From an uncultured Candidatus Saccharibacteria bacterium (GTDB taxonomy: Bacteria; Patescibacteriota; Doudnabacteria; UBA920), in the NCBI GenBank assembly GCA_964532425.1, contig CAZHIA010000001.1, positions 201,481-265,480 on the forward strand: a stretch of DNA of 64,000 nt, in the 5' to 3' direction. The position numbers and the translations under genes were made by a program. The notes beneath the pieces were generated by a model, which saw nothing but the letters and a program-made list of their open reading frames with translations, searched no databases and was not told where the DNA came from. Below are positions 9,489 through 19,970 of this stretch, piece by piece; the stretch's first letter is position 1, and each line of letters opens with the position of its first letter.

Positions 9489-11348
9489 TTATGAGCTTGT
9501 CATACTGGAAGTTGTGCCGAGGAAGTTGAACAGCGCCTGCAGCGTGTTGCGTGTCAGCGGGATCGCAACCCAGCCGGGTGCAAGCGAGGCATGGTTCATC
9601 ATTCCCATCATGTCCATGCCGCCGCCCATTGGCATATTGCCGGGCATGCCCATATTCATTCCGCCGGGCAAGAGGGGCGACCCGCCGGAGCAATTCTGGC
9701 CGATATGGTGCGCAGGGTCAGTATCGTTCGGGTTGGTCGTGTGGTGTGCGGGATCATTGTCGACATTGCCGGAACAGTCAATGTAGTTGCCGTTCATCAT
9801 GGGGTAGCCGTTCGAATATGTGTACGGCGAACCCGGCTGCGTGGAAGTGGATGTCCCTCCGCCAGTTCCCCAGGGAATCGTGCTTGAGCTAAATACGTTG
9901 GGGTACATGGTAAGGAAGCTGCTCGGGACCAGAATCCAGCCGAAGACCTGGTTGCTGCCGATAGATCCGGGTGTGCTGGTGCCGGTGCCGCCTGATTGAG
10001 TGGCAGGCAGGGTTGTGGCTGTCGTGGTGGCGGATTGCGGCGAAGTGTTGCCGTTCTGATCATTTGCGGTAACAAAGTAACTGTACGTTGTCCCCGGATT
10101 CAAGCCGGTGTCCGTAAATGATACGGTCTGCGGACTGCTCGTACTGCCGGAGCTGGTCGAAGCGGCGGTCGTGCTGCCAATTTCCGCGCTGTTGCGGAAC
10201 ACGCGGAATACTACGTTGGCCGGGGTGGTGGAGTCAGTGCTGAAATTCCAAGTCAGGGTAATGGTGGTCGGTGAGGTTGACGAAGCCGCCAAGTTAACCG
10301 GGGTGGGAAGCGTGCTTGTGCCGGTCGTACTTGTCGCTGTGCTACCGCCGGTTGAGGAAGCCATGGGTGTTATAGATACGGTATATGTTTGCACTGACAT
10401 ATTTCCTGCCGGATCCGACGCAGTCAAAGCGTATGAAAATGCCGAGCTGCTTGCAGTGGTGGATGCCGGCGGGGTATCCGTATAGGTAGTCGCTCCCGGC
10501 GAAGTGGTTGCGAGGTGGCTGCCATCGCGGGAGACGTGGTAGCTGAGGTCAGTGGAAGTGTTGTCTGGATCGGTCGAAGCAGTCCAGTTCAAAACTACTT
10601 GTGACGGTACGGTAGACGTAGCCCAAAAGCCGGTCGGTGCTGTCGGAGCCGTGGTGTCCAGAGTGCTCGATGAGGTCGAAGTGTTATTAGTTGCTGGGGT
10701 GTTACTTGTCGTATTGCCGGTTGTCGCTGCCGCGGTTACTGTCACAATCCCTGTCATACCAATACCGCTCTGCGTGCCGTGGTAGCGGCAATAGTATTGG
10801 TAAGTTCCAGCGGTCGGAAATGCATGACTGTACGAGCCGCCGGGCTGGATGTTGCCGCTGTCGAATGAACTATCATTCGCCGTAACGGTGTGTGTGTTCT
10901 GTCCCTGGTTGGTCCAGGTTACGGTAGTTCCTTCAGGTACCGTGATGTCCGCCGGGTTGAAGGTATTGTCAGTGATAGTCACTGTTGACTGCTGGGTGCC
11001 CGTCGCTGTCGTGCTCGTCGTCGTGCTTGAAGCAGTTCCGGTTCCTGCTTCATTGTTGGCCGTCGTGCTTCCAGAGGTGGAGCTGGTGGTCGACTGTTGC
11101 GTGCTCGAGCCGGTGCTGTTCCCGGTATCCGCAGTCGAAGTTGCGGTGCCGGTCAAATTTGAAGCATTGCCAGTGCCGGTAGTGCTTTCCGTTGTGGTGG
11201 TTGCCGTAGATTGCTGCGTGCTGGTCGACGTATCGCCCGAGGTCGTAGTTTGGGCAAACGCATTCGGACCTGCGGTAAGCATCATGAGCGCTGCCAGACC
11301 GGCAAAGCTACCGATTCGCATCAAGCGGTGCATAAGATCTCCTTTCAA
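9489..11348 (-). CDS. Secreted Ser/Thr-rich protein with a cupredoxin domain, two FN3 domains and a Met/His-rich tail
   Basis: Signal peptide (start probably 11333); FNPADITVPEGTTVTWTN...HTVT...YYCRYH...M type-1 Cu ligands; FN3 motifs such as TGLNPGTTYSYFVTA. Confidence 0.85.
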   Translation of the reverse strand: MKGDLMHRLMRIGSFAGLAALMMLTAGPNAFAQTTTSGDTSTSTQQSTATTTTESTTGTGNASNLTGTATSTADTGNSTGSSTQQSTTSSTSGSTTANNEAGTGTASSTTTSTTATGTQQSTVTITDNTFNPADITVPEGTTVTWTNQGQNTHTVTANDSSFDSGNIQPGGSYSHAFPTAGTYQYYCRYHGTQSGIGMTGIVTVTAAATTGNTTSNTPATNNTSTSSSTLDTTAPTAPTGFWATSTVPSQVVLNWTASTDPDNTSTDLSYHVSRDGSHLATTSPGATTYTDTPPASTTASSSAFSYALTASDPAGNMSVQTYTVSITPMASSTGGSTATSTTGTSTLPTPVNLAASSTSPTTITLTWNFSTDSTTPANVVFRVFRNSAEIGSTTAASTSSGSTSSPQTVSFTDTGLNPGTTYSYFVTANDQNGNTSPQSATTTATTLPATQSGGTGTSTPGSIGSNQVFGWILVPSSFLTMYPNVFSSSTIPWGTGGGTSTSTQPGSPYTYSNGYPMMNGNYIDCSGNVDNDPAHHTTNPNDTDPAHHIGQNCSGGSPLLPGGMNMGMPGNMPMGGGMDMMGMMNHASLAPGWVAIPLTRNTLQALFNFLGTTSSMTSS

Positions 11349-11530
11349 AATTAATGGTTAAAAAGAGTCTTCCGATGAAGGTACTATTTTTGACGTATTT
11401 TGCCATGCATATAATGGCTATGGTCTTGTTCATCAAGAGTATTTATAAATACCTTTTATCTTCGGTCTTTTTGGGAAGCGGTGCTTGGGAAAGAAAAACA
11501 CCCTCGGAATGAGGGTGTTAAAAAATTTCG

Positions 11531-12436
11531 TCAGTAGACTGCGGTCTGCGGTGCGGCCTGTGTCGGCACCGCGGCAGCAAGGATATTTTTTGCGTAATTG
11601 ATCGGTATGGAGAAGCTTACGTTCCGATAATTCGAGGCAATGGCGTCATTGATGCCGACAACTTTTCCATTTGTATCGAATGTCGGTCCGCCCGAATGTC
11701 CCGGGTAGAGCTGCATGCTGCTTTGGAATAAATCCTGCAAATGCTGTCCGGGAGTGTCGGCGTTGCTCGGTACAATCTCCTCATGGAGCGATGACACTGT
11801 TCCGCCCGACGTAAAGTTGCTGAACTGGCCAAATGCATTTCCCATGCCCAAAACGGTCTGGCCGACGCGGAGCCCGGCGGAATCTCCCAGTTCTACGGTC
11901 GGATAATTGCTGCCTGGAATTTTCATGACTGCAATATCCTGCTGGGCATCCCGGTATACGACTTCCGCGTCATGAGTGGAGCCGTCCGCTAAGACTACCT
12001 GGTAGGTGGCGCTTGGGTCGGATACGACATGTGCGCAAGTCAGTAGATAGCCGTCCGACCTGACCAGGAAGCCGCTGCCGGCGTCCACTTCCATTTCGCC
12101 GGTGTTAGGCACTGAAATGGTCAGGTTAAAGAAAGGCAGAGTGAATATCGTGGCGTCAGGGGAGGGGGTAGCGGTCTTGTACCCGTAAATAGAGACTACG
12201 GCGGGGGAGATTTTTCCGATCGCTGCCTGCGCCTGGGTGCTGTCAGTCAAGGCTCCACTGGTCGCGGCCGCCAGTGTTGCGCGGCTGTCTGAGGGTCGTC
12301 CGGACAAAGTCCAGGAACCCTGAGCGCCGTTCATGCGGCGGCCGAGCTGCAGGGCGTGGCTTTGCACGAAGGAAGGTGCGGAAGCGACTGCGAGCGCCAG
12401 TAGAAAAATGGCGATAAATTTTCTTGGTGTAATCAT
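11531..12436 (-). CDS. HtrA/DegP-like trypsin-family serine protease without a PDZ domain
   Basis: GSGFLV, TCAHVV, DIAV and PGHSGGP catalytic triad; signal peptide. Confidence 0.85.
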   Translation of the reverse strand: MITPRKFIAIFLLALAVASAPSFVQSHALQLGRRMNGAQGSWTLSGRPSDSRATLAAATSGALTDSTQAQAAIGKISPAVVSIYGYKTATPSPDATIFTLPFFNLTISVPNTGEMEVDAGSGFLVRSDGYLLTCAHVVSDPSATYQVVLADGSTHDAEVVYRDAQQDIAVMKIPGSNYPTVELGDSAGLRVGQTVLGMGNAFGQFSNFTSGGTVSSLHEEIVPSNADTPGQHLQDLFQSSMQLYPGHSGGPTFDTNGKVVGINDAIASNYRNVSFSIPINYAKNILAAAVPTQAAPQTAVY

Positions 12437-12544
12437 AGGTGTAGGTAATCGTGGTTAACTGTGGGTGGTATCCGGTAATGTATGATGGCCATTACAGCAA
12501 AAAATTACATGGCTTTGCGGGTTGGCCAGTTAAGAATTTTCATT

Positions 12545-13114
12545 ATGGAACCAGACAGAATCCATGCTTTAATAGCGAAAGCGGTGACCGGTATTTCCGG
12601 CGCGTGGGCGGATTTCGGCTCCGGCGACGGCGTATTTACCCTGGCTTTGTACGCCCTGGCCGATCCTGATACCGTGATTTTTTCCATTGATCGCGATGAG
12701 GAATCTCTTCAGGTGCAGCGTTTGCGTTTTTTAGCAAGTTTCCCCGCTGCACGCATAAATTATTTGGTTCAGGATTTTACCCAGCCGCTTATATTACCGA
12801 AACTGGACGGCATTCTCATGGCCAACTCGCTCCATTATGTCAGGGACCAGGCGGCGTTTTTATCGCGCGCTGCCCGGTTGCTTAAGCCGGGGCCGCCGGT
12901 CGAACAGGATCACGCAAAAGCAGGCGGAAGGATCGTGGTTATTGAGTATGATGACCGTCAGCCGTCGCCATGGGTCCCGTATCCGGTAGGGTTTCAGCGC
13001 CTGTCCGAACTGGCCCGCAGTGCCGGCTTGCAACCCCCTAAATTTTCCGGCACCGTGCCGTCCCTGTACGAAGGTTCGCTCTATTCGGCGATTATTTCGC
13101 GGAGGAGCAGGTGA
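12545..13114 (+). CDS. Class I SAM-dependent methyltransferase
   Basis: WADFGSGDG motif I; DGILMANSLHYV; LKPG. Confidence 0.85.
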   Translation: MEPDRIHALIAKAVTGISGAWADFGSGDGVFTLALYALADPDTVIFSIDRDEESLQVQRLRFLASFPAARINYLVQDFTQPLILPKLDGILMANSLHYVRDQAAFLSRAARLLKPGPPVEQDHAKAGGRIVVIEYDDRQPSPWVPYPVGFQRLSELARSAGLQPPKFSGTVPSLYEGSLYSAIISRRSR

Positions 13115-13176
13115 CTATTTTCTGGCAAAACAAAAACATCCAAGGACATATTGTCTTGGATGTTTTTTGAAGCCTG

Positions 13177-13323
13177 TTATGCATTTTGACGAGCCGGCTC
13201 CGGTTGCAGTTCCTGGAGAGCCTCATCAAGCTGCCGCAGGCGTGCTTCTAGAATTTTTTTGCGCTGCTCAAGCATTTCTTTCTGCTCTTGCTTGGATAAG
13301 TGCGCGTGGTATCCGTAGCACAT
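13177..13323 (-). CDS. Small coiled-coil protein
   Basis: MCYGYHAHLSKQEQKEMLEQRKKILEARLRQLDEALQEL; RBS upstream and terminator hairpin downstream. Confidence 0.55.
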   Translation of the reverse strand: MCYGYHAHLSKQEQKEMLEQRKKILEARLRQLDEALQELQPEPARQNA

Positions 13324-13495
13324 AAAGAATTTCCCCTGTACGTGAATGGAATGTGTCGACCTTTCAAGTGCTGGCCTCTGTATATTATTACGGACCGGTC
13401 GGAACATCCTTAACAGAGCGGATGCTCGTGCAGTTCGTACAAGACGTGAAAAAGAAAATCCGCCACAGCATCGCGCTGTGGCGGGCAGGTGGCAG

Positions 13496-13711
13496 CTAGT
13501 TGTCGTATGCCGAAATTTCGGTACCGGTTTCCTTGCAGTTCTTGCGCCGGCATTTCACGCGCACGTGCCCTTTGCCGGGCTGGAACTGCACGTGGCGTTC
13601 GGAATCCTCATGCTTGACCAATTGTTCGAGCAGCTTAGCTGCCGAAATGTTGTCTTCGGCAGCGAGTTTAATAATGGTCATAGCTGTATCTTCGCTGATG
13701 GTAATATCCAT
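13496..13711 (-). CDS. Hypothetical protein
   Basis: 71 aa; AAGGAGG RBS; TTGACA-17-TATAGT promoter at 13742-13770. Confidence 0.65.
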   Translation of the reverse strand: MDITISEDTAMTIIKLAAEDNISAAKLLEQLVKHEDSERHVQFQPGKGHVRVKCRRKNCKETGTEISAYDN

Positions 13712-13837
13712 ATGAGAATGACCCTCCTTGGTATTCTTGTAACTATACTATGATTTACCTATTTTGTCAACCATCACTCCTTGCCATTCCGAGTGAGGAG
13801 CAGTATACTGGTATGATCTTTAGTAAAGGAGGGTGGT

Positions 13838-14185
13838 ATGGCGCATTTGTATCTCAATACGAGTGAGCTGCTGGGGCAAGACCTTGCCGGCTTTCACATC
13901 GAGGAGTGGTACAGGCTTGAGTATGATACGGATCCGGGTAAAGCCGGGTGCATCGAACACTACAAATCCCGCGATTTGGCACTGGCCATGGGTGAGCGAG
14001 CCGGGGATGACGGACGGGATCTAACGCCGAAAGTGGTGTATGTGCTGACCCGGGACGGCCAGAACGGCATTAGCGTCGGTATGGGCTCCATGATTCTGGT
14101 TGATCCTGAAAAGGCACTGGCCAGATTACGGAAGAAGTACCAGGTGTCGATACCGCCGAAGACCGCCAAAGTTCTGGGCAGATAG
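13838..14185 (+). CDS. Hypothetical protein
   Basis: 115 aa; AAGGAGGG RBS. Confidence 0.7.
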   Translation: MAHLYLNTSELLGQDLAGFHIEEWYRLEYDTDPGKAGCIEHYKSRDLALAMGERAGDDGRDLTPKVVYVLTRDGQNGISVGMGSMILVDPEKALARLRKKYQVSIPPKTAKVLGR

Positions 14186-14246
14186 GGCCGGTTTAACCGG
14201 CAGCAAAAAAGCAGCCGCATGCGGCTGCTTTTTCCAGAGGCAGTTG

Positions 14247-15500
14247 TTACCCCACGTTCGCTTGAACGGGTGAAAGTTCGGCAGCTTGGCTGCGAATTTT
14301 TGCAGCCACGGCCAGGAACTGGACACCGCTGATGAAGACCAGCATGGTACACCATTCCAGGGCGGTCTGTAGACCATAGCGGTCGGAAATACGCCCGACC
14401 ACGGCCGGGGCCAGGGTATCGCCAAGGAGGTGAATGACCAGCAGATAGACGGCGAAAGCAGTGGCATACAGTTCCTTCGGGACAATGTCGTGCATGACCG
14501 CGGTGGAAGGTCCGTTGTAGAACGACAGCAGCATGGTACCGAGGAAGAAAAAGACAAAGAACATCCAACGGCCGGATTGCGCCTGAATACCCGTATACAT
14601 GACTGGTCCGGCCAGCATCAGCGAGACAGCGACGGTCAGGCTGCGACCCCAGGCGAATTTTTGCTGAAGGCGGTCGGCAATGATGCTGCCAAGGAATACG
14701 CCGATGACGCCGGCAACCATAAGCGTCAGGCCTAATATGATGCTGGTATCCCGCAGGGTGTAGCCTTTGTAGCGCATGACGAATTCGACACCCCAGGAAA
14801 CGAACGCACCGACTCCAAAGGTGGTAAATATGCCGCTGCCCACCAGCCAGAGATACGTTTGGTTCTTAAGCAGCGTGCCGATCCCCGCGGTTTTTTCCCG
14901 GCGGGAGAAAGCTTTGTCCGGTAGCCGCGTGCTCAGCCATCCCAGCAGCAAGCCGGGCAGGGAGACAATAAAGAAGGCCAGGCGCCAATTGCTATGCGCA
15001 TAGTAAGCGACAATACCGCCGAGCATGGCACCGATGGTGCCGCCGGCGAACATTCCCGCATTAAAGACACCCTGGGCCCGGGCGCGCGCGGATTCCGGAA
15101 CGTTGTCCGTTATCATGGCAGTCGCCGCCGGGGCGTAAGCCGCCTCGCCGACCCCAACCAGGGAACGAATGCCAAGCAGGGTTTTAAAATTTTTGGCCAA
15201 CCCGGAAGTGAAGCTGGCCAGGGTCCAGAAGATGACGCCGCCAGCGATGATATCGCGCCGGGAGCGTTTATCCGACAGGATCCCTAAGGGCACGCTGGCC
15301 AGCGAGTGGACAAGCATAAACACCGTGCCGAGCAGGCCAAGTTGGAAATCGGAAATTAAGAATTCTTTTTTAATCAAATCGAAGAGCGGGAAAATAACTT
15401 GGCGGTCAACATAATTGATGAAGTTGATCGCCGTGAGGGTTAGCAAGATGATTTTTTGCTCGCGCGTGAGCTGTTTGAACATGTGTTTTGAGGTATACAT
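14247..15500 (-). CDS. Spinster-like MFS transporter
   Basis: NFINYVDRQV, GILSDKRSRR, RSLVGVGEAAY; 12-TM pattern. Confidence 0.9.
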   Translation of the reverse strand: MYTSKHMFKQLTREQKIILLTLTAINFINYVDRQVIFPLFDLIKKEFLISDFQLGLLGTVFMLVHSLASVPLGILSDKRSRRDIIAGGVIFWTLASFTSGLAKNFKTLLGIRSLVGVGEAAYAPAATAMITDNVPESARARAQGVFNAGMFAGGTIGAMLGGIVAYYAHSNWRLAFFIVSLPGLLLGWLSTRLPDKAFSRREKTAGIGTLLKNQTYLWLVGSGIFTTFGVGAFVSWGVEFVMRYKGYTLRDTSIILGLTLMVAGVIGVFLGSIIADRLQQKFAWGRSLTVAVSLMLAGPVMYTGIQAQSGRWMFFVFFFLGTMLLSFYNGPSTAVMHDIVPKELYATAFAVYLLVIHLLGDTLAPAVVGRISDRYGLQTALEWCTMLVFISGVQFLAVAAKIRSQAAELSPVQANVG

Positions 15501-15651
15501 TTGTCAGTCTCTATAGTATAAACGAAAATTCCACTTTTAAAAAATAGACTAAAAAAATCTCCCATAACCATGGAAGAATCGGATTCCAGTTTTTATTTTT
15601 TTGCAAAAAGCGCTAATATGAAAAGGTGTCATTAAGATTCAAATCCCCGAT

Positions 15652-16473
15652 ATGGATACACCCGAACATTCTCCCCTCAGCGACGACGCTGTGAACGAAG
15701 CTCCGACGCCTCCGGTACCAAAGAATAACGGCGAAGGTTTTCGTACCCCGAAGATAACAAATCGGACAATCCCGCAGAACTCGTGGCTGACCGACGCCGA
15801 TGCCGTCAAGCCGCAGGATAGGAAACTCATTATGCCTGCCATCGCCAAACGAGCGGCGCGGAAAAGCCATCCGGTCCGAAACGGCATTGTATGGATCGTG
15901 ATCCTGGCGGTGCTGGGATATGCCTCTTACCGCGCGTATTTGATGTTCGGTCCGGAAGCAAAACAGCACATGCAAACATCCGTCGGTTATGGGTCGCGAC
16001 CCGTTGCCGCCGATAACTCCCCGACAGGTACATTGCCGGTGACAGCCCAATTTGGCGACTCCGGGCAAGCCTTAGGCGCGTCCACCGGAACGGAGTCTTC
16101 AGTATTGGTAAATGCAACCAGTTCTCCTGCGAGCACAACTGCCGTAACAGTGGCGACGGCGACTTCAACTTCTCCTGCGGCTATTGGCGCTGGCTCTGCA
16201 CTGTCTCAGGGAGTAAGTAATCCAGGTTCACCGGCAGGCAATCCTACTTCGACAGCAGGCCGGCCGGGGTCGAAGTCTATTAAGATAAACGACAACTCCC
16301 TTGGTTACCTTAATGTGCGGAGCGAGCCGTCTTCATCCGGCAAAGTGATTACCCAAGTTCATCCCGGCGAGCAATATGCCTATGGCGACGCCAAATACGG
16401 CTGGTATGAGATTACCTTGGGAGCCGGCAAAACAGGCTGGGTCAGCGGACAGTACGTGACAGTGATAAATTAA
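15652..16473 (+). CDS. Membrane-anchored protein with a C-terminal bacterial SH3 domain
   Basis: One TM helix, Ser/Thr linker, YLNVRSEPSSSG...GWYEI...GWVSGQYV. Confidence 0.85.
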   Translation: MDTPEHSPLSDDAVNEAPTPPVPKNNGEGFRTPKITNRTIPQNSWLTDADAVKPQDRKLIMPAIAKRAARKSHPVRNGIVWIVILAVLGYASYRAYLMFGPEAKQHMQTSVGYGSRPVAADNSPTGTLPVTAQFGDSGQALGASTGTESSVLVNATSSPASTTAVTVATATSTSPAAIGAGSALSQGVSNPGSPAGNPTSTAGRPGSKSIKINDNSLGYLNVRSEPSSSGKVITQVHPGEQYAYGDAKYGWYEITLGAGKTGWVSGQYVTVIN

Positions 16474-16552
16474 TATGATTTAAAAGATTTAAATGATTGA
16501 GCAAGATTGCCAGGATACACTCTTGGCAATCTTTTTAATCGTGTCATTCTTG

Positions 16553-17167
16553 TCAATGTTTGTGCATCCACACCGTAAAATCTCCGCTATCGTAGCCGGA
16601 GACGATTTTGATATTGTCAGATAATTCTCTGCAGACCTCTCTGACCTCGTACCAGTTGTAAGTCAGGTATCGGTCGTCCGAGGTGTGGACCGCGCTATCG
16701 AGCATGTTAAAAGCTACTCCGCGTCGGGCGCGCCGGAACATGGTACGGATCATATCATAGTAATAATCCTTGCCTCCCGCGACATTGAATGTCATGGCTC
16801 CGGAGGCCAGGTAATAATCGAATGTGCGGTCGGTTGAGAAGATGTCGCCCACCGCGAATTCGGCTTCCGGGTATTCGTTCCGGGCCGCATCGATCATGGC
16901 CGGCACAATGTCTAAGCCGAGATAGCGGAAACCGGTAAACCGCGTCAGCAGAAAATAATAAAGGTCGCCAACACCACAGCCTACGTCCGCAACACTGCAG
17001 CCTGAAAGGTCCCCGATGCCGGCCAGATTCCTGAATCGTTCCAGCTGGTCCCGGATAGTTATCCAATGGAAGGCTTTGGGATTGTTGGGGCCGTACGCGG
17101 CCAAGGCACTGGCATAGAATTGGATAAGCCGCTTGCGGTCTGTCTCGCTCAAAGAAGTCATTGTCAT
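16553..17167 (-). CDS. Class I SAM-dependent methyltransferase
   Basis: SVADVGCGVGD, YLGLDI, FDYYLASG; start reassigned to MTMTS at 17167. Confidence 0.85.
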   Translation of the reverse strand: MTMTSLSETDRKRLIQFYASALAAYGPNNPKAFHWITIRDQLERFRNLAGIGDLSGCSVADVGCGVGDLYYFLLTRFTGFRYLGLDIVPAMIDAARNEYPEAEFAVGDIFSTDRTFDYYLASGAMTFNVAGGKDYYYDMIRTMFRRARRGVAFNMLDSAVHTSDDRYLTYNWYEVREVCRELSDNIKIVSGYDSGDFTVWMHKH

Positions 17168-17330
17168 ACTTATACAAGACGGAGTACAAAGTATCTCGTG
17201 TTCGCATCCGTTGCTGCCATTTGGCCAAGGAGTGCGCTTTTTAGGCATTTCGTAGGATTTAGCGCTGCCGGCCGTCCTAAAAGATATTATCCTATCGTGG
17301 GAAAGGTGCGCCGTTTTAGCAGATGCTTTT

Positions 17331-19559
17331 ATGGATCCGAACAGGAAGATTACGACCCAGGTATACCGCAGTTTTTTTGAGCAGCTCACCGATGCATTCC
17401 CGGCTCTGCTCGTCGTTTTTAACTTGCAGACAGGAAAATTCGTGTTTGCGAACAGGAGTCTCGAGCAACTGACGGGGTATTCTTTTAAAGATCTGGAAGA
17501 CGGCGGTTTGATGCGGGCAACCTCCTTATTACATCAAGATGAATTGGGGCTATTAACGGAAAAATTCCAACAAGGGCTGGCCGGGTTGCAGGAGTCCGGC
17601 GGGACTGAGGGTGCTTTTTTGGATCTCGAACACCGGTTGCGGCGGAAACAGGGTTCATGGGCGCGGCTCAGGACACAAGCTACCATATTCACGCGCGATG
17701 CCCAGGGCCGGCCGGAGCTGGTCCTGTTGTTTTCAGTCAGCTGCGCAGCGCGCAAGAAAAGGGCTGTGGCGCCCGGAGCGGCGAGCGAAGAAGCGATTGA
17801 ATCCAAGGTTCGTGACCGCACTGGGGCTTTGCTGGCTGCCCAGCAGAAGGTGATCAATGACCTGAAAAACATCCAGTACGCCCTGGACCAGTCTTCCATC
17901 GTAGCTATTACCGACAAGAACGGGGTCATCCAGTTTGTTAACGATAAATTCACGGAAATTTCCAAATACTCCCGCCAGGAACTCCTCGGGAAAACCCACC
18001 GGATCATCAATTCCCGCTATCATTCAAAAGAATTTTTTAAAGATCTGTGGGATACGATCCTGTCCGGCAGGGTTTGGCGGGGAGAACTGAAAAATCGCGC
18101 CAAAGACGGGACGTACTACTGGGTGGATACGACCATTACGCCGCTGCTTGACGAGCAAGGCAAGCCGAACCAGTTCATTGCCATTCGTAATGATATTACC
18201 GAGCGGAAGCATGCCGAAGATATCGTGCGGTACCAGGCACAGCATGATGCCCTGACCGCCTTGCCGAATCGCAAGGCGCTGGAAGACAGGCTGGCGCTGA
18301 CCCTGGCTTCTGCCGGGATTGTCCAACGGCCGGTTGGATTGGTCTTTTTGGATTTGGACCGGTTCAAGAACGTTAATGATTCGCTCGGTCACAGCATCGG
18401 TGACATGGTTCTCAAGGAGGTCGCAAATCGTCTGCAGGTCGCCGTTCAGGGGGATGACTTGGTCGCCCGCCTGGGTGGTGATGAATTTGTCCTCCTGCTT
18501 ACTCATCCGCTGGGCCTGGATGAAGTGACAAATACAGCGCAAAAAGTCCTCACTCACGTCGCTGTACCGATGAAGATCGGCAAATATCATTTGCACGTGA
18601 CCGCGAGCGCAGGCGTGGCTATGTATCCCGAAGACGGCCAGGACCAGCAGACGCTCATGAAGAATGCCGACTCGGCCCTCTACCGGGCAAAAAAGGCGGG
18701 CAGGAACTGCTACCGTCTGTTCAATAAGGAAGAGAATGCCCAAGCTTCGGCTCGGTTTATTCTCGGCAATGATTTGCGGCAAGCACTCGGGTCTGACCAA
18801 TTGGAACTGCATTACCAGCCGGTGGTCGACACGGAAAGTGGCCAAACAATAGCAACGGAAGCTCTGGTCCGCTGGAACCATCCGGATCTTGGGCTGGTCT
18901 ATCCCGGCGAGTTTATTCCCATTGCCGAAGAGCAGGGGTTGATCGTCGAGCTTGGCGAATGGGTCATGCGCAACGCCTGCCGGCAAATGAAAGAATGGCG
19001 CGCCCAAGGCATGCCGCCCTTTCGAATTTCCATCAACCTTTCCGCACCGCAATTTTCCGATGCGCAGCTGATACCGCTGGTCAGCGATATCCTGCAGGAA
19101 TCAGGCCTGACCGGAGAGCACTTGGAGCTGGAGATCACGGAAAGCGTGGCTGTAGAGAATTTTGACCGGACCAGGCAAAAGCTGCAAGACCTTCGCGATA
19201 TGGGCATTCATCTGACCATGGATGATTTTGGGACCGGGTATTCGTCGCTCAACTATCTGCGGCGTTTTCCGCTGCAGAAGCTCAAGATCGACCGGTCGTT
19301 CGTCCGCCACAGCATCGTCAGTCAACAGGATTCCAGCATCATCCAGGCCATTATCGCTATTGCCAACAATTTGGGACTGAAGATCGTTGCCGAAGGGGTG
19401 GAAACCATGGAACAGTATGAGCTACTCTTAAAATTGGGCTGCTTCCGTATGCAGGGGTATTTGATTAGCAAGCCGCTGCCGGCTCTGGATTTTGCCGCCT
19501 GGGTGAACAATGGCAGCAGTTGGCCGTCGGTTAAACTCTCGCCGCGCCGCCGGATTTGA
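17331..19559 (+). CDS. PAS-PAS-GGDEF-EAL diguanylate cyclase/phosphodiesterase
   Basis: PAS/PAC motifs; [33 protein letters not shown] and AEGVET all intact. Confidence 0.95.
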   Translation: MDPNRKITTQVYRSFFEQLTDAFPALLVVFNLQTGKFVFANRSLEQLTGYSFKDLEDGGLMRATSLLHQDELGLLTEKFQQGLAGLQESGGTEGAFLDLEHRLRRKQGSWARLRTQATIFTRDAQGRPELVLLFSVSCAARKKRAVAPGAASEEAIESKVRDRTGALLAAQQKVINDLKNIQYALDQSSIVAITDKNGVIQFVNDKFTEISKYSRQELLGKTHRIINSRYHSKEFFKDLWDTILSGRVWRGELKNRAKDGTYYWVDTTITPLLDEQGKPNQFIAIRNDITERKHAEDIVRYQAQHDALTALPNRKALEDRLALTLASAGIVQRPVGLVFLDLDRFKNVNDSLGHSIGDMVLKEVANRLQVAVQGDDLVARLGGDEFVLLLTHPLGLDEVTNTAQKVLTHVAVPMKIGKYHLHVTASAGVAMYPEDGQDQQTLMKNADSALYRAKKAGRNCYRLFNKEENAQASARFILGNDLRQALGSDQLELHYQPVVDTESGQTIATEALVRWNHPDLGLVYPGEFIPIAEEQGLIVELGEWVMRNACRQMKEWRAQGMPPFRISINLSAPQFSDAQLIPLVSDILQESGLTGEHLELEITESVAVENFDRTRQKLQDLRDMGIHLTMDDFGTGYSSLNYLRRFPLQKLKIDRSFVRHSIVSQQDSSIIQAIIAIANNLGLKIVAEGVETMEQYELLLKLGCFRMQGYLISKPLPALDFAAWVNNGSSWPSVKLSPRRRI

Positions 19560-19610
19560 CAGACTGGTGCGGGCATATAATAATACCCATATCTTTTCAA
19601 AATCAAACAG

Positions 19611-19808
19611 CTTATTTGGGGAAGTCCGGTCAGGTAAAGTTTCAAGTTATAAAGTAGAAAGTTATCAAGTTTCTGCAGTCACTTTCTACTTGATAACTTT
19701 ATAACTTGATAACTTTGTCTTATCCCGGCACTGTGCCGCAACTGTAAGCCCTGCCCTTTGTTCCGCCAGCTGGCGGAAAAGAGCGGGGGAGTCAGGTCGC
19801 CAAATAAG
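19611..19808 (+). ncRNA. Cobalamin riboswitch interrupted by repeat insertions
   Basis: GGGAAgtccGGT...CCGGcaCTGtgCCGCAACTGTAA...GAGTCAGGTCGCC core; closing stem cttatttgg/ccaaataag; downstream terminator. Confidence 0.7.
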
Positions 19809-19854
19809 TCATGTGTTGTTCTCCCGAGCAGGACTGTTCGTATTGTTTTAACAT

Positions 19855-19880
19855 CGCCTCGGGAGAGGCGGTTTTTTATT
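19855..19880 (+). terminator. Intrinsic terminator, probable riboswitch expression platform
   Basis: cgcctc-ggga-gaggcg followed by gttttttatt; ctcccgag at ~19821 can pair with ctcgggag as an alternative structure. Confidence 0.7.
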
Positions 19881-19970
19881 CGCCCAGCAGGAAGCGAATA
19901 GCCCGGCGCAGCACTTCCCGGAAGGACGAAGGCGGGTACAACCATTGAGAATCACTTGATTCATACTTGT

